Assembly (NCBI GenBank): GCA_012295275.1
Contig: CM022669.1
Location: forward strand, 16,182,001-16,246,000
Length of the DNA: 64,000 nucleotides
Reading direction: 5' to 3'
From: Chrysomallon squamiferum
Taxonomy: Eukaryota > Animalia > Mollusca
How positions within the stretch are numbered: position 1 is the stretch's first letter; every line of letters begins with the position of its first letter. Shown here in pieces: positions 13,785 to 28,372 of the stretch. The position numbers and the translations under genes were made by a program. The notes beneath the pieces were generated by a model. It had not been told where the DNA came from and did not search any database. It was given only the letters and a program-made list of their open reading frames with translations.

Positions 13785-15009
13785 CTAAATCCTTGGACAG
13801 AAGCAAGTATTACGATGCCAACAGTCATAAACATTATCATAAACTTTGGTTTCTTTCATTGTAGTAATATTAAACCAAATCCTTTGGAGTGTAACAGGTA
13901 TTATTATGCCACCAGTCATAAACATTATCATAAACTTTGGTTTGTTTAGAAGACTCCCAGAGTTTGTGGCACAGTTTACATATGCCAACAAAATCCTTTT
14001 AGGTTTGTAATAATTTTTCCACTCAAGATATTCTACGTAGGCTGTGAGATTTCTGTCTAAATAAAGAAGATACTCAGCAAGTTGTTTAGGACTCTTGAAA
14101 TCGGCAGCATTGATGTAAGACTTTGGAGGCAAAATTTGACTATAATTTGCTCCACCTCTGACTACGATCACAATGTCTAATTGCATATATCGGAATGCTT
14201 TTTCAGTTATATAGTCATCACATAGACTGTTTTCAAACGATAAGTAAAACTTGTAATCCCTGCTAAGTAGTGAATTACATTTGTTTTGTTCGTTCAAGAC
14301 ACATTTTTTGCTTCCACACTTACCAAATACATCGACAGAAATATATTTTTTCAGCTGCTGTACGTACTGGTCTCTCTTACTTGGAGTACCACAGTGACTA
14401 ACAAACCATGCAACTTGTTTGGTTTTATTCTTCACGCTTGGTAAGAAGCTGAAATTTTCGTTTTTTTCCCTTTTCGCGAAAGCTCCGTAAAAATAAGTCA
14501 CATCCGAGTCTCTCCTGTACGTCATCGTCCAGTTTATTACGTTCTTCCAAGGTGCTCTGTCAAAATTGGAATCTGCTGAACGAGTTGGTGGCTCCAGACA
14601 GAAATAAACCCAAACTTGTCCGGCCTCTTTATGAGGAGGAGGATCTTCTGGAAAACGAACAGCGTAAAATATGACAGCTTGGACATTGCTGATGTTTCTG
14701 CGTGGTTTAAGAAGTGTACAGTTGGCAGAACAGGACTTAAGTTCTTCGACTGCCATTTCGTACCACGACCAGTTGATGCGGTTCTTTAATAAAATTAGTT
14801 TGCTCGGCTGTGAGTCCGTGTTCCGACTTATCAGCTTACTGTTATTTAAATAATTACGTGTTTCTCCATACCGTTCAGTAAAGTTCTTAAGAATTTCCCA
14901 CGTTGAATGAAATTCAGTTTTCGAATAAAATACGAACAGGAAAGATGACACAATTCCAAAAGATGTAATAAGACAAAAACTTCTTGTGGTTCCGATTTTT
15001 TGCTGTAAT
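13785..15009 (-). pseudogene. GT10 fucosyltransferase copy 3 (paralog of copy 1); 1-bp deletion near the C-terminus and no adjacent leader exon
   Basis: Near-identical to copy 1. The T5 run at 2297-2301 is T4 at 13997-14000, shifting the frame after YYKPK (the normal stop would be 13870-13872). The acceptor is at 15010-15012, but the region equivalent to about 3460-5230 is missing. Could be functional, or an assembly indel. Confidence 0.8.
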
Positions 15010-15111
15010 CTGAAAAAGAAAATTTCAGATTATAATATTCAACATTACACAAGTTATTCAATATTATTTTTATAATATATTTTTATTTTACTGTAAAAAA
15101 ATAAATATAAG

Positions 15112-15149
<38 letters not shown>

Positions 15150-15290
15150 TTATGAAATGTAAAAGAATAAGAAAAATGGCATAAAAATAATAATTTTTTA
15201 TTATAAATGTGAGCGTGCTCGCTGAGAAAAACAGCATGTGTGTGTATGTCTGTTTTTCTTTGTATGTATGTGTTTGTATGTTGTTTTGTT

Positions 15291-15333
<43 letters not shown>

Positions 15334-15639
15334 AAGAGAAAAAAAGAAGAAAAGCAAAGTATTTGAATATTAAAATGCAGGCATTGTTTTGTTCCATAGC
15401 ATTAAATAGCAAAAACTCAAACTTGTTAAGTGCACTTCACGACCTGGCTGTTAGAAACCGGATAGATGTATACCATTCTAGCAGGCGCTTTTCTTTTTCT
15501 TTTTATCTTATAAATTATCTTTACCAATAACGACATTTTAATTAAGTAAATACAAAAACACACACGGAACAGTAGAATTAATATGAGTAGGATATTGATC
15601 AGTACCTAAATAAATATAATTATAGATATATAGAAACAC

Positions 15640-15732
<93 letters not shown>

Positions 15733-16024
15733 ATAACAACATCACAGGAATTATACTTATAATAGTTTTAATTAATATTGTTAATTTACATCCATATGTA
15801 ATGACTACGGTATAAAATGTTGCAAGAGATGCACTTAGGTACGATTTCTGTGTACAAACAAACAGATCGACAGATATACAGACAGATAAATAGAGAGAGA
15901 AACATATACAGGGGAGAGATAGACAGAGAAAAAAACTGACAGGCAGACAGAGAGAGAGACAGACGGACAGAAATAGTTCGTTCTAGAGAAACATAAAGAA
16001 AAAGAGAATTGAAGAAAGGTGACT

Positions 16025-16152
<128 letters not shown>

Positions 16153-16570
16153 AATACAAGTAGTAGTTTACTTCTAAATTAAACTGAATGTCCTGGTTTA
16201 CAACACCCTATACTCCGCAGTACCATGGAAAGCTAGACCCATTTTATTTTGTTTTATCTCTAAAATGTATTCACTTGTATGTGTCTGGATTTTATTGTTG
16301 CTGGAATTATAATTATCATAATAATAATAATAAAAATAATAATTTTGCACAGTAAAATAAATATAAAACACAGACACACACACACATGCGCCTTTGCACA
16401 TACACAGTAACAGTTATCAACACAGCTTGTTATAAATTATTTGTAATCAACTTTAAACGTTGGAAACAAAAGACTAACTGTAATATTTAATGAATATTCA
16501 TTCGTTTCTGGGTCTTTACAATGCAATAAAATGGTTGAAATTTGAAAACAGGAAAATATACATATATAAT

Positions 16571-16608
<38 letters not shown>

Positions 16609-18090
16609 AGCTTTCTTTTAATCTCTGGACCTTATTTAAAACTGCCAAACCTGTTTTGGCATCAGCATTTATAAATCTGTGGTTTACCGACATTCGTATA
16701 ATGAGCCAGTTAGCTGTTAATAAATCCAGTAAAAAAAAATATGCACAAATCCACAATTTATTTTATACAAAACGATATTCTTAGTTTCCAGTCTACTTAT
16801 AGCTAACCGATTTATAATACAGAATTATTCCTTTCAGTGCCCGAAGATAATTATTACAAAGAATTCCTATATTAAAAAGAAAAAATAACATATATTATTT
16901 ATTATTATATCTTATTTTATTTGCTATTTATTTATTTATTTATTGATTATCATTCTTATTATTAATAATAATTTCAAGCTGAAAAAGACATCGTGACATT
17001 ATCAGTGGTACGTTTCTAGCAAGGAAACTAAAACTGGGAGTGATGTTTATCTTTTTCTTTTGTCATTACCCAACCAAGATGACATAGCAGTGTTATCTGA
17101 TAGTAGTAATACAGTCAGAGTTCAATCACTCAAACAAGAGGAGCGAGTTGTATTTCGGTCTGATATTTACGCAAGGACGTCATACTGCACATAATCATCT
17201 TTAAAGAGCATAAGAACAAGTCTTTCATTTGATTTAGTCGTAAAACATAATCATATTTTACAGATAAAGATCGTGTTTTTTTCTTTTTTTTTATTAACTG
17301 ACAAACGTATACGGAGCTGTATATTCAGTGTCTTGTTTAAGTGTTCACTTTTGTAATCTTGTGAAGTCGTTTTTGTCCTTTTACAACAATACTGTAAAAT
17401 CTCGCTTAATTGGTTATTTGTCGATGTTGTTTCCTTTCTGTTCAAAGACACACTGATCAGCGAACATACAAGACAGCCGTAGAGTGAGTAAAGACAACAC
17501 CAACGTAAGTCATTTAGTGTGTCTTTTCTTACTTTTTTAGTGTATTAAAATTATTTCAGTGCTTTTGGAAATATCCAACTGAAAAGAAATGAAATTTATA
17601 CACTCAGATTCCAATTTTCTGTATATCAGGATATTTACAATACAACTGTTGATCTAATTATAACATGACGGTCAATTTATGACAACGTACACAAGTATAA
17701 AAGTATGTACAATAGCACTTGGGTAATTATGATAAATGTAAAAAAAAGACGCAGTGGTACAACCAGTGTCGAGTAATATCAGTCTGATGTGATTGGTTCA
17801 CATGTTTTCTGAGTAATTCGAATTTGTTTGCTAATAATAACAAACGAAACAACTAACTGGCAGCATAGGTATAATTGTCGAGTATTACTGTATATTATAC
17901 ACATCATCGCAAATAAAATATTCATGGCATCTTGAAATCTTGTTCAGATAATACGAAATTAAATGTTCGGATAACCGAGGTTTCACTCTAAATAAATATT
18001 GAGGATGGTGTTGTATGCAAAATACGGACAATCAAACAGTCAAAGACACACTGATGGTTAGAGCTAGGGAAATCTCTCTCTCTCTCTTCT

Positions 18091-18140
<50 letters not shown>

Positions 18141-18577
18141 AGTATGTATGTATGAATGTATGTGTGTGCGTGTGTGTATGAGTGTGTGCGTGAGTGTGTG
18201 AAATAATAACAGTAATGGCAGCAATAATAATAATAAAATAGTTTTAGAAGAAGAACAAGAAGAAGAGGAAAGAGAAGTAATAGTAATAACACTAGTAGGA
18301 GCAATGGTAGCTATAGCAGTAATATTAATATACGAAGTAGTAATAGTAAAAATACGAGTAGAAGTAATAGTATTATTAGTGATAGGAGTAACAATTTAGT
18401 AATAATAGTGGAAATTTAGTAGATATATTGCAAATAACTAAATAAATAAATAAAAAAAAAAAGTATATAAATGTTTTCTGGTTCTTGGCAATTCATTTTC
18501 ACACAAACACCTTACCTGTGATGACGCTACCCATAACATCTGAATGGAGATTTTTAAAAATGTATTAATTAATTAAT

Positions 18578-18608
<31 letters not shown>

Positions 18609-19299
18609 TCATTTGTTTGTTTGTTTGTTTGTTTGTTTATTTCCTACATATTTTTCTGTTTTATGATCTACATTTTTATTACTGGTATTTATTTATCATA
18701 TCATCATCATGATTATTATTATTATTATTACAATTACTACTGCTACAAAGGAATTCCAATAGATAGATATAACGTAAGACACAGTCGAGCAGACAAGAAT
18801 TTTAGTGAAAATCTGTAATATAAAAGATATATGGGAAGAAGTTATCAATAACTAAACAAAACAGAAACAGCAAAAAAAAAAAAAAAAAAAAAAGAAAAAG
18901 ACAAGAAAAAAACGCCATAAAACACTCCCCCAAAACTCTCATCTGATACCAAAGTACACACACAGGCACGCATACGCACATACACATACACTCACACACA
19001 TACACACACGCATACGCACACACACATGAGCACACACACACACTGCTTTTAGTGCGTCATTAAAATTTCCTCTCACGTTAAAACTTTTTTTTTAATAACT
19101 TGGATTTTGGACGTAATTATATTTTATGACATAGCCTAACAAGATATTCTGGGAAAGATAGCAGAAAAGAAAACAATAATAAAATTATTAAAAAACAGGA
19201 TCATGCAATGTTTTCATTCCTTTTGTCTCCATGTATCAAAAGAACTGTCATAATTAAATTTGGATACATGTATTTTTCAGAAGTTACGATCCGAAGACA

Positions 19300-20443
19300 A
19301 TGAAGAAACTTTTTGGAATTATTTCAGCGATTTCTCTCTTGACTGGCTTCTATCTCTTGTCATCACTAAATTACGTACCAAATAATTTGATGTCTGTTTT
19401 GAAGACCCACCTGCAACACAATCATTCGCTACTCATCGTCAGCCATCGAGAAAAAGTTAAAAATATTACCACAAAGCCTCCTGTCAAAGATACCAATAAT
19501 ACTGCGGTTAGAAAACGTATTTTTCTCATAAACATTCCGGATTGGCTACGGTTTCCGGCAGTTATCACGGAATTAGAATCATGCCCAGGTAATTGCTCTC
19601 TAGAAATGACGGGAAGGAATCTAACTGGTTATGATGCTGTTATATTCTATGCCGTGGGATACACACAGGAATTACCTCCTCCAAAGATTCCCGGTCAAAT
19701 CTGGATTTTTTACACCATGGAATCTCCTCCTCACACAAGGGGAAAACAATTTAAAAACAAGGAATGGAGAGAAAAATTCAACTGGACCATGACGTACAGA
19801 TTAGATTCTGATGTTTATAATCCGTATGGAAGTATAAACAGAAGGAAGACTGCTGTAAGTTTAGATTTTTCAGACGTTGTAAAGCACAAAACGAAGCTGG
19901 CTGCATGGTTTGTTAGTAACTGCAAACCTCCAAGTCGACGTGAAGAATATGTCCGCGAGTTGAAGAAGTTTATTTCCGTCGACATTTATGGAGGATGCGG
20001 TGACAAGAAATGCCCTAGAACTAACGATAATTGCAATTTACTGCTCACGAGGGATTATAAGTTTTATTTGGCGTTTGAAAACAGTTTGTGTTACGATTAC
20101 GTTACCGAAAAGACATTCCACTATATTCAGCTTGATATTGTGCTAGTAGTAAGAGGTGGAGCGAATTATACAAAAATGTTTGCCACCAAAGTCCTACATC
20201 AATACAGCAGATTTTAAAAGTCCCAAACACTTAGCTGAATATCTTCTTTATTTGGACAAGAATGACACAGCTTATGTAGAGTTTTTGGAATGGAAAAAGT
20301 ACTATACGTCTGGAAAAAGACACGGTGCTATCTGTGAACTGTGCAAGAAACTTCATAATCCCGTTGTAAAAGAGAAAGTGTATCCTGATATCCATTCCTG
20401 GTATTTTGTTAATACATGTTTTCCTCCTAAAGATTTAAGTTGA
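19300..20443 (+). pseudogene. GT10 fucosyltransferase copy 4 (paralog of copy 2) with one +1 frameshift
   Basis: ORFs 19300-20217 and 20156-20443 join into a full copy-2-like protein if one base is removed at about 20172-20180 (ACAAAAATGTTTGCCA vs ACAAAATTTTTGCCA in copy 5). No other lesion seen. Confidence 0.85.
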
Positions 20444-22019
20444 AGTATCATTTACAATGTGTTGTTTGAAGCAGACTGATTCTATTGATATTGTGAATGA
20501 ACAGCAGCAGTAGTAGTAATGGTTGTAATGACACTAGTAATGGTCGCAGGGATATTGATTATAGTAATTACAATAGAAGAATAATAGTAGTTGTTTACAC
20601 ATACATATACATACATACGTACGTACATGCATACATACATACATACATACACAGATGTAAAAACATACTCATAAATATACACATCTACTCATCAATTATT
20701 ACGTAAAACGTTACCTGTATCACGAATTCCTGTAATTTCAGTATGTTTTTATGATCGTGCGAAGAAAAAGTCAGTACACGTTCTTTTCACATCCATCTGA
20801 TAGAATTAATGGTATTTGGAATCCAACCAATGTTTCACTGATAAAAATATAACTTTAGTTTCTTTATAAAGAATAACAAAATGAAAATAATTATTAAATT
20901 ACAAAGAGCTTTTGCGAATGGATTGTTGACAGTTTGTAACTGGTAAGCAGGACCAACATTCATGAACGTTCATAATATTGTAGGTTTGTACATGCTAAGA
21001 AGCTTCTAAATGTTTGAGTTCAAAACTAAACAAAATAACTAAAATGTAATTCATAAAACTCTGTTAGGAGCGTTGCTGCATGATGACGTCATTCAATGAA
21101 CGAGCAACAGTTTCATTTCTAGTGAATGCTTTTTAACTGTGAATATTAACCAAATTTAATGCAGCCATATATGCAGTTGTGATGGATATTATGGTAAATG
21201 ATCGAAGAAAAGGGAGCAAGATATAAAATGTAATAAAAAAAAAAAATATATATATTATTTTCGTTGTTGTTGCTGTTGTTGTTGATGTTGTTGTTTGTTA
21301 CTGTTTGTTACTGTAAAGATTAGATGCAAAAAAAAAAATGTTTATTAATTGTCAAAATCTGCATGAGGCATTTGCTGTAGTTACAGCCATGTATACGCTA
21401 AATTCTTTACGTGTCCTGTGCAGATCATTTAGTTGCAACTACAACAAATCAAACGAAGGCTACAAAAGATTTATAATAACCTGACATAGTGTTACTCATA
21501 AAATACAGAACAGTTACAGGCAGGCGCTGATCCAGTGGTGAAGGAGTGAAGAGTTAATTGAAGGTGTGTGGATGTAATCTGAATCATGTTTGTGTATTGT
21601 TTGGTTTTTAAAATTTAATTCCATTCTCGAAAATAGAAATACGTATATTTATTACATTCATCAATAAAATCAAACTATCCGTCTCTTTACAATGCAGTTA
21701 GTTTTTGTATACCTTAAAATATTACTGAAACGCCCTTTTAGGAATATCGTGTAAGTTAGTGAAGGTAGTCCAAATGTTCAACCTGTATAGATGTCAGTGG
21801 AAGATGAATGATTTAAACAACAAGCACATATTACACACTGAAAGAATATAAACACTTTCAAATACAGACACGCATACTGACATGATGTCGAATTAAATTT
21901 GTAATGTATTGTTTTCTTCTATTTTTTTATTTATAAATATAAACACACACACATACACACATATACAAGTATTTATTTATTCTATTCTATTCTATTCTAT
22001 TCTACTTTTGTTTGTGTGT

Positions 22020-22216
22020 TTGTTTATTCGTTTCTAATTGTTTTTAATTTTTTGTTTATTTTTTTTGTTTGTTTGTTTCACAATTTGTATTGACACTGTT
22101 ACTGTTGATGTTGGACACATCATCATCGTCTGCATTAGTTTGTTGCCATTGTAATTATTATTATTTTAGTTGTTGTTGTTGTTGTTATTCTTGTTCTTCT
22201 TATTACTACTACTACG

Positions 22217-22279
<63 letters not shown>

Positions 22280-23060
22280 TAGTAACTGGATATATATGCT
22301 TGTATGTATATGTTGCAGAGTAAGACCGTGCTAACGCATTGTTACACTGGCCTGTATTGAACCAGCTGTTAAACAAAACAAAAAATGCAATATATAAAAA
22401 AATAAATATATTTTTTATAAATAAATAAAACATTTTTTATAAATAAATAAAACATTTTTATTATAAATAAATAATATATGTATAAATATATATTTTTTTT
22501 TTTTCGTAAATAAATAATATATTTTTTTTTATAAATAAATAAATAAAAAGGCATTATACAGAACTTTAGCAATAGAATAACTGTCACTATATGGCGTCAC
22601 AGTTGAGCTACTCCAAAAGCAAATCAGCCGTTAACTGAGGCAATAACCTGAAATAAACATCAGAAAAGAATTGATAAACGATAAAAAGCACAGGCTTTTT
22701 CTACGCAGATTTGAAAACGCCATATTGTATAGGGAGAATACATTAAAATTAAATTAAATTGTAACGGCTATATCTGATAGTTATTGAAAAAGTGGGGGAA
22801 AATAAAGAAAGAAACCAGAGAAAAGAAAGACTTGCGATAATAAAACGGAGATATTGTACATTTCTATTAACACTTGAAAAAGGGAGAGAATATCAGTGTT
22901 TGCCAAACAGCTTCTAATTATCGTTTTTGTGGTCACTTAACTCGTCTGAATGTGAACCAAAAAGGCTCTGAAGCTAGGTGTCCATCTATCTGCCTGCGAG
23001 ATTACACATTAGATTTCATTTCCTTTGTAACTACTATGGAAGCACTATGAAAAAGTAAGT
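22020..23060 (+). promoter_or_regulatory. Shared ~1 kb upstream module (putative promoter/5'UTR) in front of copy 5
   Basis: Homologous in reverse orientation to 25410-26440 and 35520-36240 (e.g. ggtcacttaactcgtctgaatgtg). It ends in the leader exon. The regulatory function is inferred from position only. Confidence 0.55.
23047..23054 (+). CDS. Probable 8-nt leader coding exon of FucT copy 5 (ATG AAA AA|gtaagt)
   Basis: agcactATGAAAAA|GTAAGT joins in phase 2 to acceptor ttttgcag|A TAT TGT at 23198, giving MKKYCEPKKLRQVLLMITVICLVAIV. Confidence 0.65.
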
Positions 23061-23197
23061 TGAATTCACTGCATTAGACTAAGATTTCAAATTTTAACCA
23101 AGCAAAATATAACAGCATGAAACGGTAATTTTAATTTATTATAATAGCATTTTTATTTAACCAGGTAAAATGAAATGATATGAAATTTCTTTTGCAG

Positions 23198-24367
23198 ATA
23201 TTGTGAACCGAAGAAACTGAGACAGGTTTTGTTAATGATAACTGTGATTTGCTTGGTTGCTATCGTTTCGCTGCAGTCATCACTGAAGGCTTTATCGAGG
23301 CAATTTTTGTCTGGCTGGAAGGTGTTTTGGGTAGCTTCCACTCCATCCAACAATTCCTCTCTTAATTTTACTTTTAGTGGGGAAAACAAAACAGTTTCGA
23401 ACGAGTCGACAACGATCAAGGAAATTATACCAGTCACCAAACCTATTTTTCTAATGAATAATCCAAGATGGTCTTGGTTTCACTTAGCAGTCGAAGAGCT
23501 GAAATCGTGTGAAGCTAATTGTAATCTGTCTAAATCGGGAAGGAATCTAACTGGTTATGGTGCTGTTATATTCTATGCCGTGGGATACACAGAGGAATTA
23601 CCTCCTCCAAAGATTCGCGGTCAAATCTGGATTTTTTTCACCATTGAATCTCCTCAACACACGTCGGGAAAACAATTTAAAAACAAGGAATGGAGAGAAA
23701 AATTCAACTGGACCATGACGTACAGATTAGATGCTGATGTTCCTTATCCGTATGGAAGGATAAACAAAAGAAAGACTCCTGTAAGTTTAGATTTTTCAGA
23801 CGTTGTAAAGCACAAAACGAAGCTGGCTGCATGGTTTGTTAGTAACTGCAAAACTCAAGTCGACGTGAGGAATATGTCCGCGAGTTGAAGAAGTTTATTT
23901 CTGTGGATATTTATGGAAGATGCGGTGATAAAAAGTGCCATAATACTAAAGACAATTGCAATTTACTGCTCACGAGGGATTATAAGTTTTATTTGGCGTT
24001 TGAAAACAGTTTGTGTTACGATTACGTTACAGAAAAATCATTCCACTATATGGAACTTGATATTGTGCTAGTAGTAAGAGGTGGAGCGAATTATACAAAA
24101 TTTTTGCCACCAAAGTCATACATCAATACAGCAGATTTTAAAAGTCCTAAACATTTAGCTGAATATCTTCTTTATTTAAACAAGAATGACACAGCCTATG
24201 TAGAGTTTTTGGAATGGAAAAAGTACTATACGTCTGGAAAAAGCCACGTTGGTATCTGTGAACTGTGCAAGAAACTTCATAATCCTGTTGTAAAAGAGAA
24301 AGTGTATCCTGATATCCATTCCTGGTATTTTGTTAATAAATGTTTTCCTCCAAAAGATTTACACTGA
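23198..24367 (+). pseudogene. GT10 fucosyltransferase copy 5 with one -1 frameshift
   Basis: ORFs 23229-23888 and 23885-24367 join if one C is restored at about 23856 (AAAACTCAAGT vs AAAACTCCAAGT in copy 6). All GT10 motifs are present. Confidence 0.85.
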
Positions 24368-24618
24368 AATAACTGTATTATTTTATTTATTTGTTTATTT
24401 AAATTATAAATATAATTTAAAATTAGGATATAAATCTTTACCTATTGATTAAATTTAGTAAGTAAATATTATTTTTGAAAATAATTAAATAAAGAAATAA
24501 ATAAATTTGAATAACATCAGAGAGATCAATGACGATGATGATGATGAAGAAAAAGTGGTCGCTGTAGGAGTAGTTGTACTACTATGTGAACACTAACAGC
24601 AACACTAAATATAGCAGC

Positions 24619-24651
<33 letters not shown>

Positions 24652-25239
24652 CGTTTTTTGTTTTTATATTGCACTTGTTTTCATGGATTTTACAAACAGT
24701 GCAAAGCTGCAGCGGTTTGTGAAAATTCAACGAGACTCTTTTAACATGAACTGCGAGCCTGTCGGGAGTCACGTATCAATAACAATATTGCCTAACTGCA
24801 CCCGTTTGCAAATCTAAACGCTTTCTAATAGATATTAATAGCGATTTTCATATTATGTTTTTTGTGATGTCTGGTTAGTCATACCAAAAGTGGTTTTCAA
24901 TTCGGGAGAATAAAGTCACAGGATTTAAACCCAAGGACGTCTATCTCGGGCAACATTAGAAAGATATTATGAGTACACTATTTAAGCTTTTATATTAAAT
25001 ACCTTTTCACTAGACTCGAGTTGATAACGTATATTAACAGGTCAAATTGTGAACGAAATTTAAACTGTTTTCCAGCCACACAGAAATTCAAAGTGTCCGG
25101 AGGTTCTAAAAAATGTTCGACAAAGGAATTCAGTAGTTTAATGATAAGGAATATGAATAACTGTAGGTTTAAATACCCTGAGTATATCGTTAAATTAGAC
25201 ATTTCTATATTTATATATTCATTCTTCTTCTCTTTTCTT

Positions 25240-25319
<80 letters not shown>

Positions 25320-25409
25320 AGCTATTATTGTTACACCTATTTTAAGATATATCGTTATCTTGATTTATTCAATACTATTGTAATATTTTAGTCTAATACC
25401 CTAAATTAA

Positions 25410-26440
25410 ACTTACCTCTTCATAGTGCTGCTAAAGTAGTTACAAAGTAACTGAAATCCGTTCTCTAATCTCGCAGGCAGATAGACAGACACCAAACTTT
25501 GAGTTCGTTTCTGGAGTAGCTGACCGTGAGCTAGCTTCAGAGCCTTTTTTTTGGTTCACATTCAGACGAGTTAAGTGACCACAAAAACGATGGTTGTTAG
25601 CTGTATGTCAAGTTCTGATTATTCTCACCCTTGTTTAGGTGTTAATACAAACTTATAATGTTATTATCGCAAGTCTTTTTTATCTCTAGTTTCTTTCGTT
25701 TCTTTCCTTGATTTATTTGTCCCCCTCTTTCAATAACTATTATCTATTACTATCAGATATAGCTTTAAAAAAAAAAAAAAAAAATTTAATTTTTTTTATA
25801 TTTTTTTTTTTTTTATATTCTCCCTATACAATATGGTGTTTTCAAGTCTGCGTAAGAAAAACATGTGCTTTTAACGTTTTTCTTTTCTTTTCTGGTGTTT
25901 ATTTCAGGTTGTTGCCTGAATTAACCACTGATTTGCTTTAGCTCTGACGCCATATCGTGACAGTTATTCCATTGATACGTGTGTAATGTTCAGCAGAATG
26001 GCGTTTTTATTTATTAATTTATTTATTTATTTAAAAATTTATTTATTTATGAAAAAAACAACTCATTTATTTTTTTATTCCCAATTTTTTTATTCTTTCA
26101 ATAGCTGGTTCAATACTGGCCTGTTTAACACGGTCTTACACTGCAGTATATACACACATGCATATATATCCAGTTACTAAATAGTAACAATAATAATAAT
26201 CGTAGTAGTAGTAACAATAACAATAAGAAGAACAAGAATGACAACAACAACAACAACTAAAATAATAATAATTACAACGGCAACAAACTAATTCGGACAA
26301 TGATGATGTGTCCAACATCAACAGTAAGTGTCAATAAAAATAGTGAAACAAACACGAACAAATAAACAAAACAAAAAATAAAAACAAAAGAAAATCTAAG
26401 AAACGAATAAACAAACACAAAAACAAATATAGAACAGAAC
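25410..26440 (-). promoter_or_regulatory. Orphan copy of the upstream module with intact leader exon ATG AAG AG|gtaagt (25416-25423)
   Basis: Inverted repeat of 22020-23060. The minus strand reads agcactATGAAGAG|GTAAGTtt. There is no adjacent minus-strand FucT body. Confidence 0.65.
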
Positions 26441-26521
26441 AGAATACTAATGGTAAGGAATATGAATAAATGTAGGTTTAAATACCCTGAGTATATTTAT
26501 TCATTCTTCTTCTTCTTCTTC

Positions 26522-26555
<34 letters not shown>

Positions 26556-26759
26556 CGTTGTTGGTGTTGTTGTTTTTAATTGATTTCAATCCTTTGTTAC
26601 CTATTTAAATGTGAATATTATTTGAGGATAATAATTTTGAATCAGAAGGTACTGGATTTGTATACGGAATATCGAACGGATTACAATAATTTTGATGATA
26701 ATAAATATGAAATACATATTTTCTGAATATCTTTTTTTCTTATTTATTCATAGAGGAAT

Positions 26760-26951
<192 letters not shown>

Positions 26952-27423
26952 TAATTTATCGAAGTATATATAGTTCGCCTATTCATCGTATCTTGTCATT
27001 ACGTACACTGATTGTAAGAGCATGGCAGTAACTACAGTGATGCAAATGAGGCAGATGCTCCATACCGAGATTAACGGGGTTTTTTTTTGTTTGTTTTTTT
27101 TTAATTTTGATTTTTCATTAAAAATATAAAATATTAATCTCTATTTCGATAGAAACAATATCCACAGAATCCGTTCGGTCGGGAATTAAGTGTTTTTGCC
27201 TAGTTTGAAAAATGAGTCTAGTTACGACCATGAAGATAAATATATACATTTGGTACAAGTCGTCCAGCCTAGCTGGAATAGGAAATAACCAAGAGAAGTT
27301 CTATGTTATAGAAGTACTCGACAGATTTTCCTGAAAGCCCTTTTAGACAGCTGCTCGCTGTTTTGCTGTTATTTATTCATGTATTTAATTAATTAATTAA
27401 TTATTAATAATGTTGTTGTTGTG

Positions 27424-27595
<172 letters not shown>

Positions 27596-28255
27596 TCGTT
27601 TGCCATGATACGAGAATTATCAGACATCACTGTTTCTTGCTATCACTTGAACTGAGTTTAAATGAGTGACTTATTTTCGTAATATAACATTTACTGACAG
27701 GTTTGTTTTCTCACCTGTAAGAACTGTACCATGTAGGTAAGTAATTAAAACACATTTTCTGTAATCTTGTGGTCACTGTAACGCAATTTCATTTTTCTCA
27801 GTTTTATTGTCTTATTGAAAAATGGACACAAAAGAATGTATTGATTAATAAATAAAACAATTCTACATTTAAGAGAATAAATAAATAAATAAATATCTGA
27901 ATTTTTCTGAAATCAAAATACTGAATCTAATGAATAATATAATTAAAAGAGTAAAAAGACTACGTCAACATCATAAACGTCGTCGTTTTGGCTTTTGTCA
28001 TGTAGAACACCAGTAAGTCAACAAGACCACTAACAAAGCAGAAGAAACAACAACAATAATAATAACTGAAATGAAATTATATAGATGGATAGTTGCATAT
28101 CTTAAATTCGTATCGAAAATAACATTTTAAACAGTTACTCTTTCTAAAGATCAAAAACACTACAGTTAATTATATATTTTTCACCGTTTATGAGTGTATA
28201 CCATTTTATTATTATTGTTATTGTTATTGTTCTAATTATTATTATTATTATTATT

Positions 28256-28332
<77 letters not shown>

Positions 28333-28372
28333 GTGATATTCATATTATCATAATTTTATGCGTCACTGTTTT

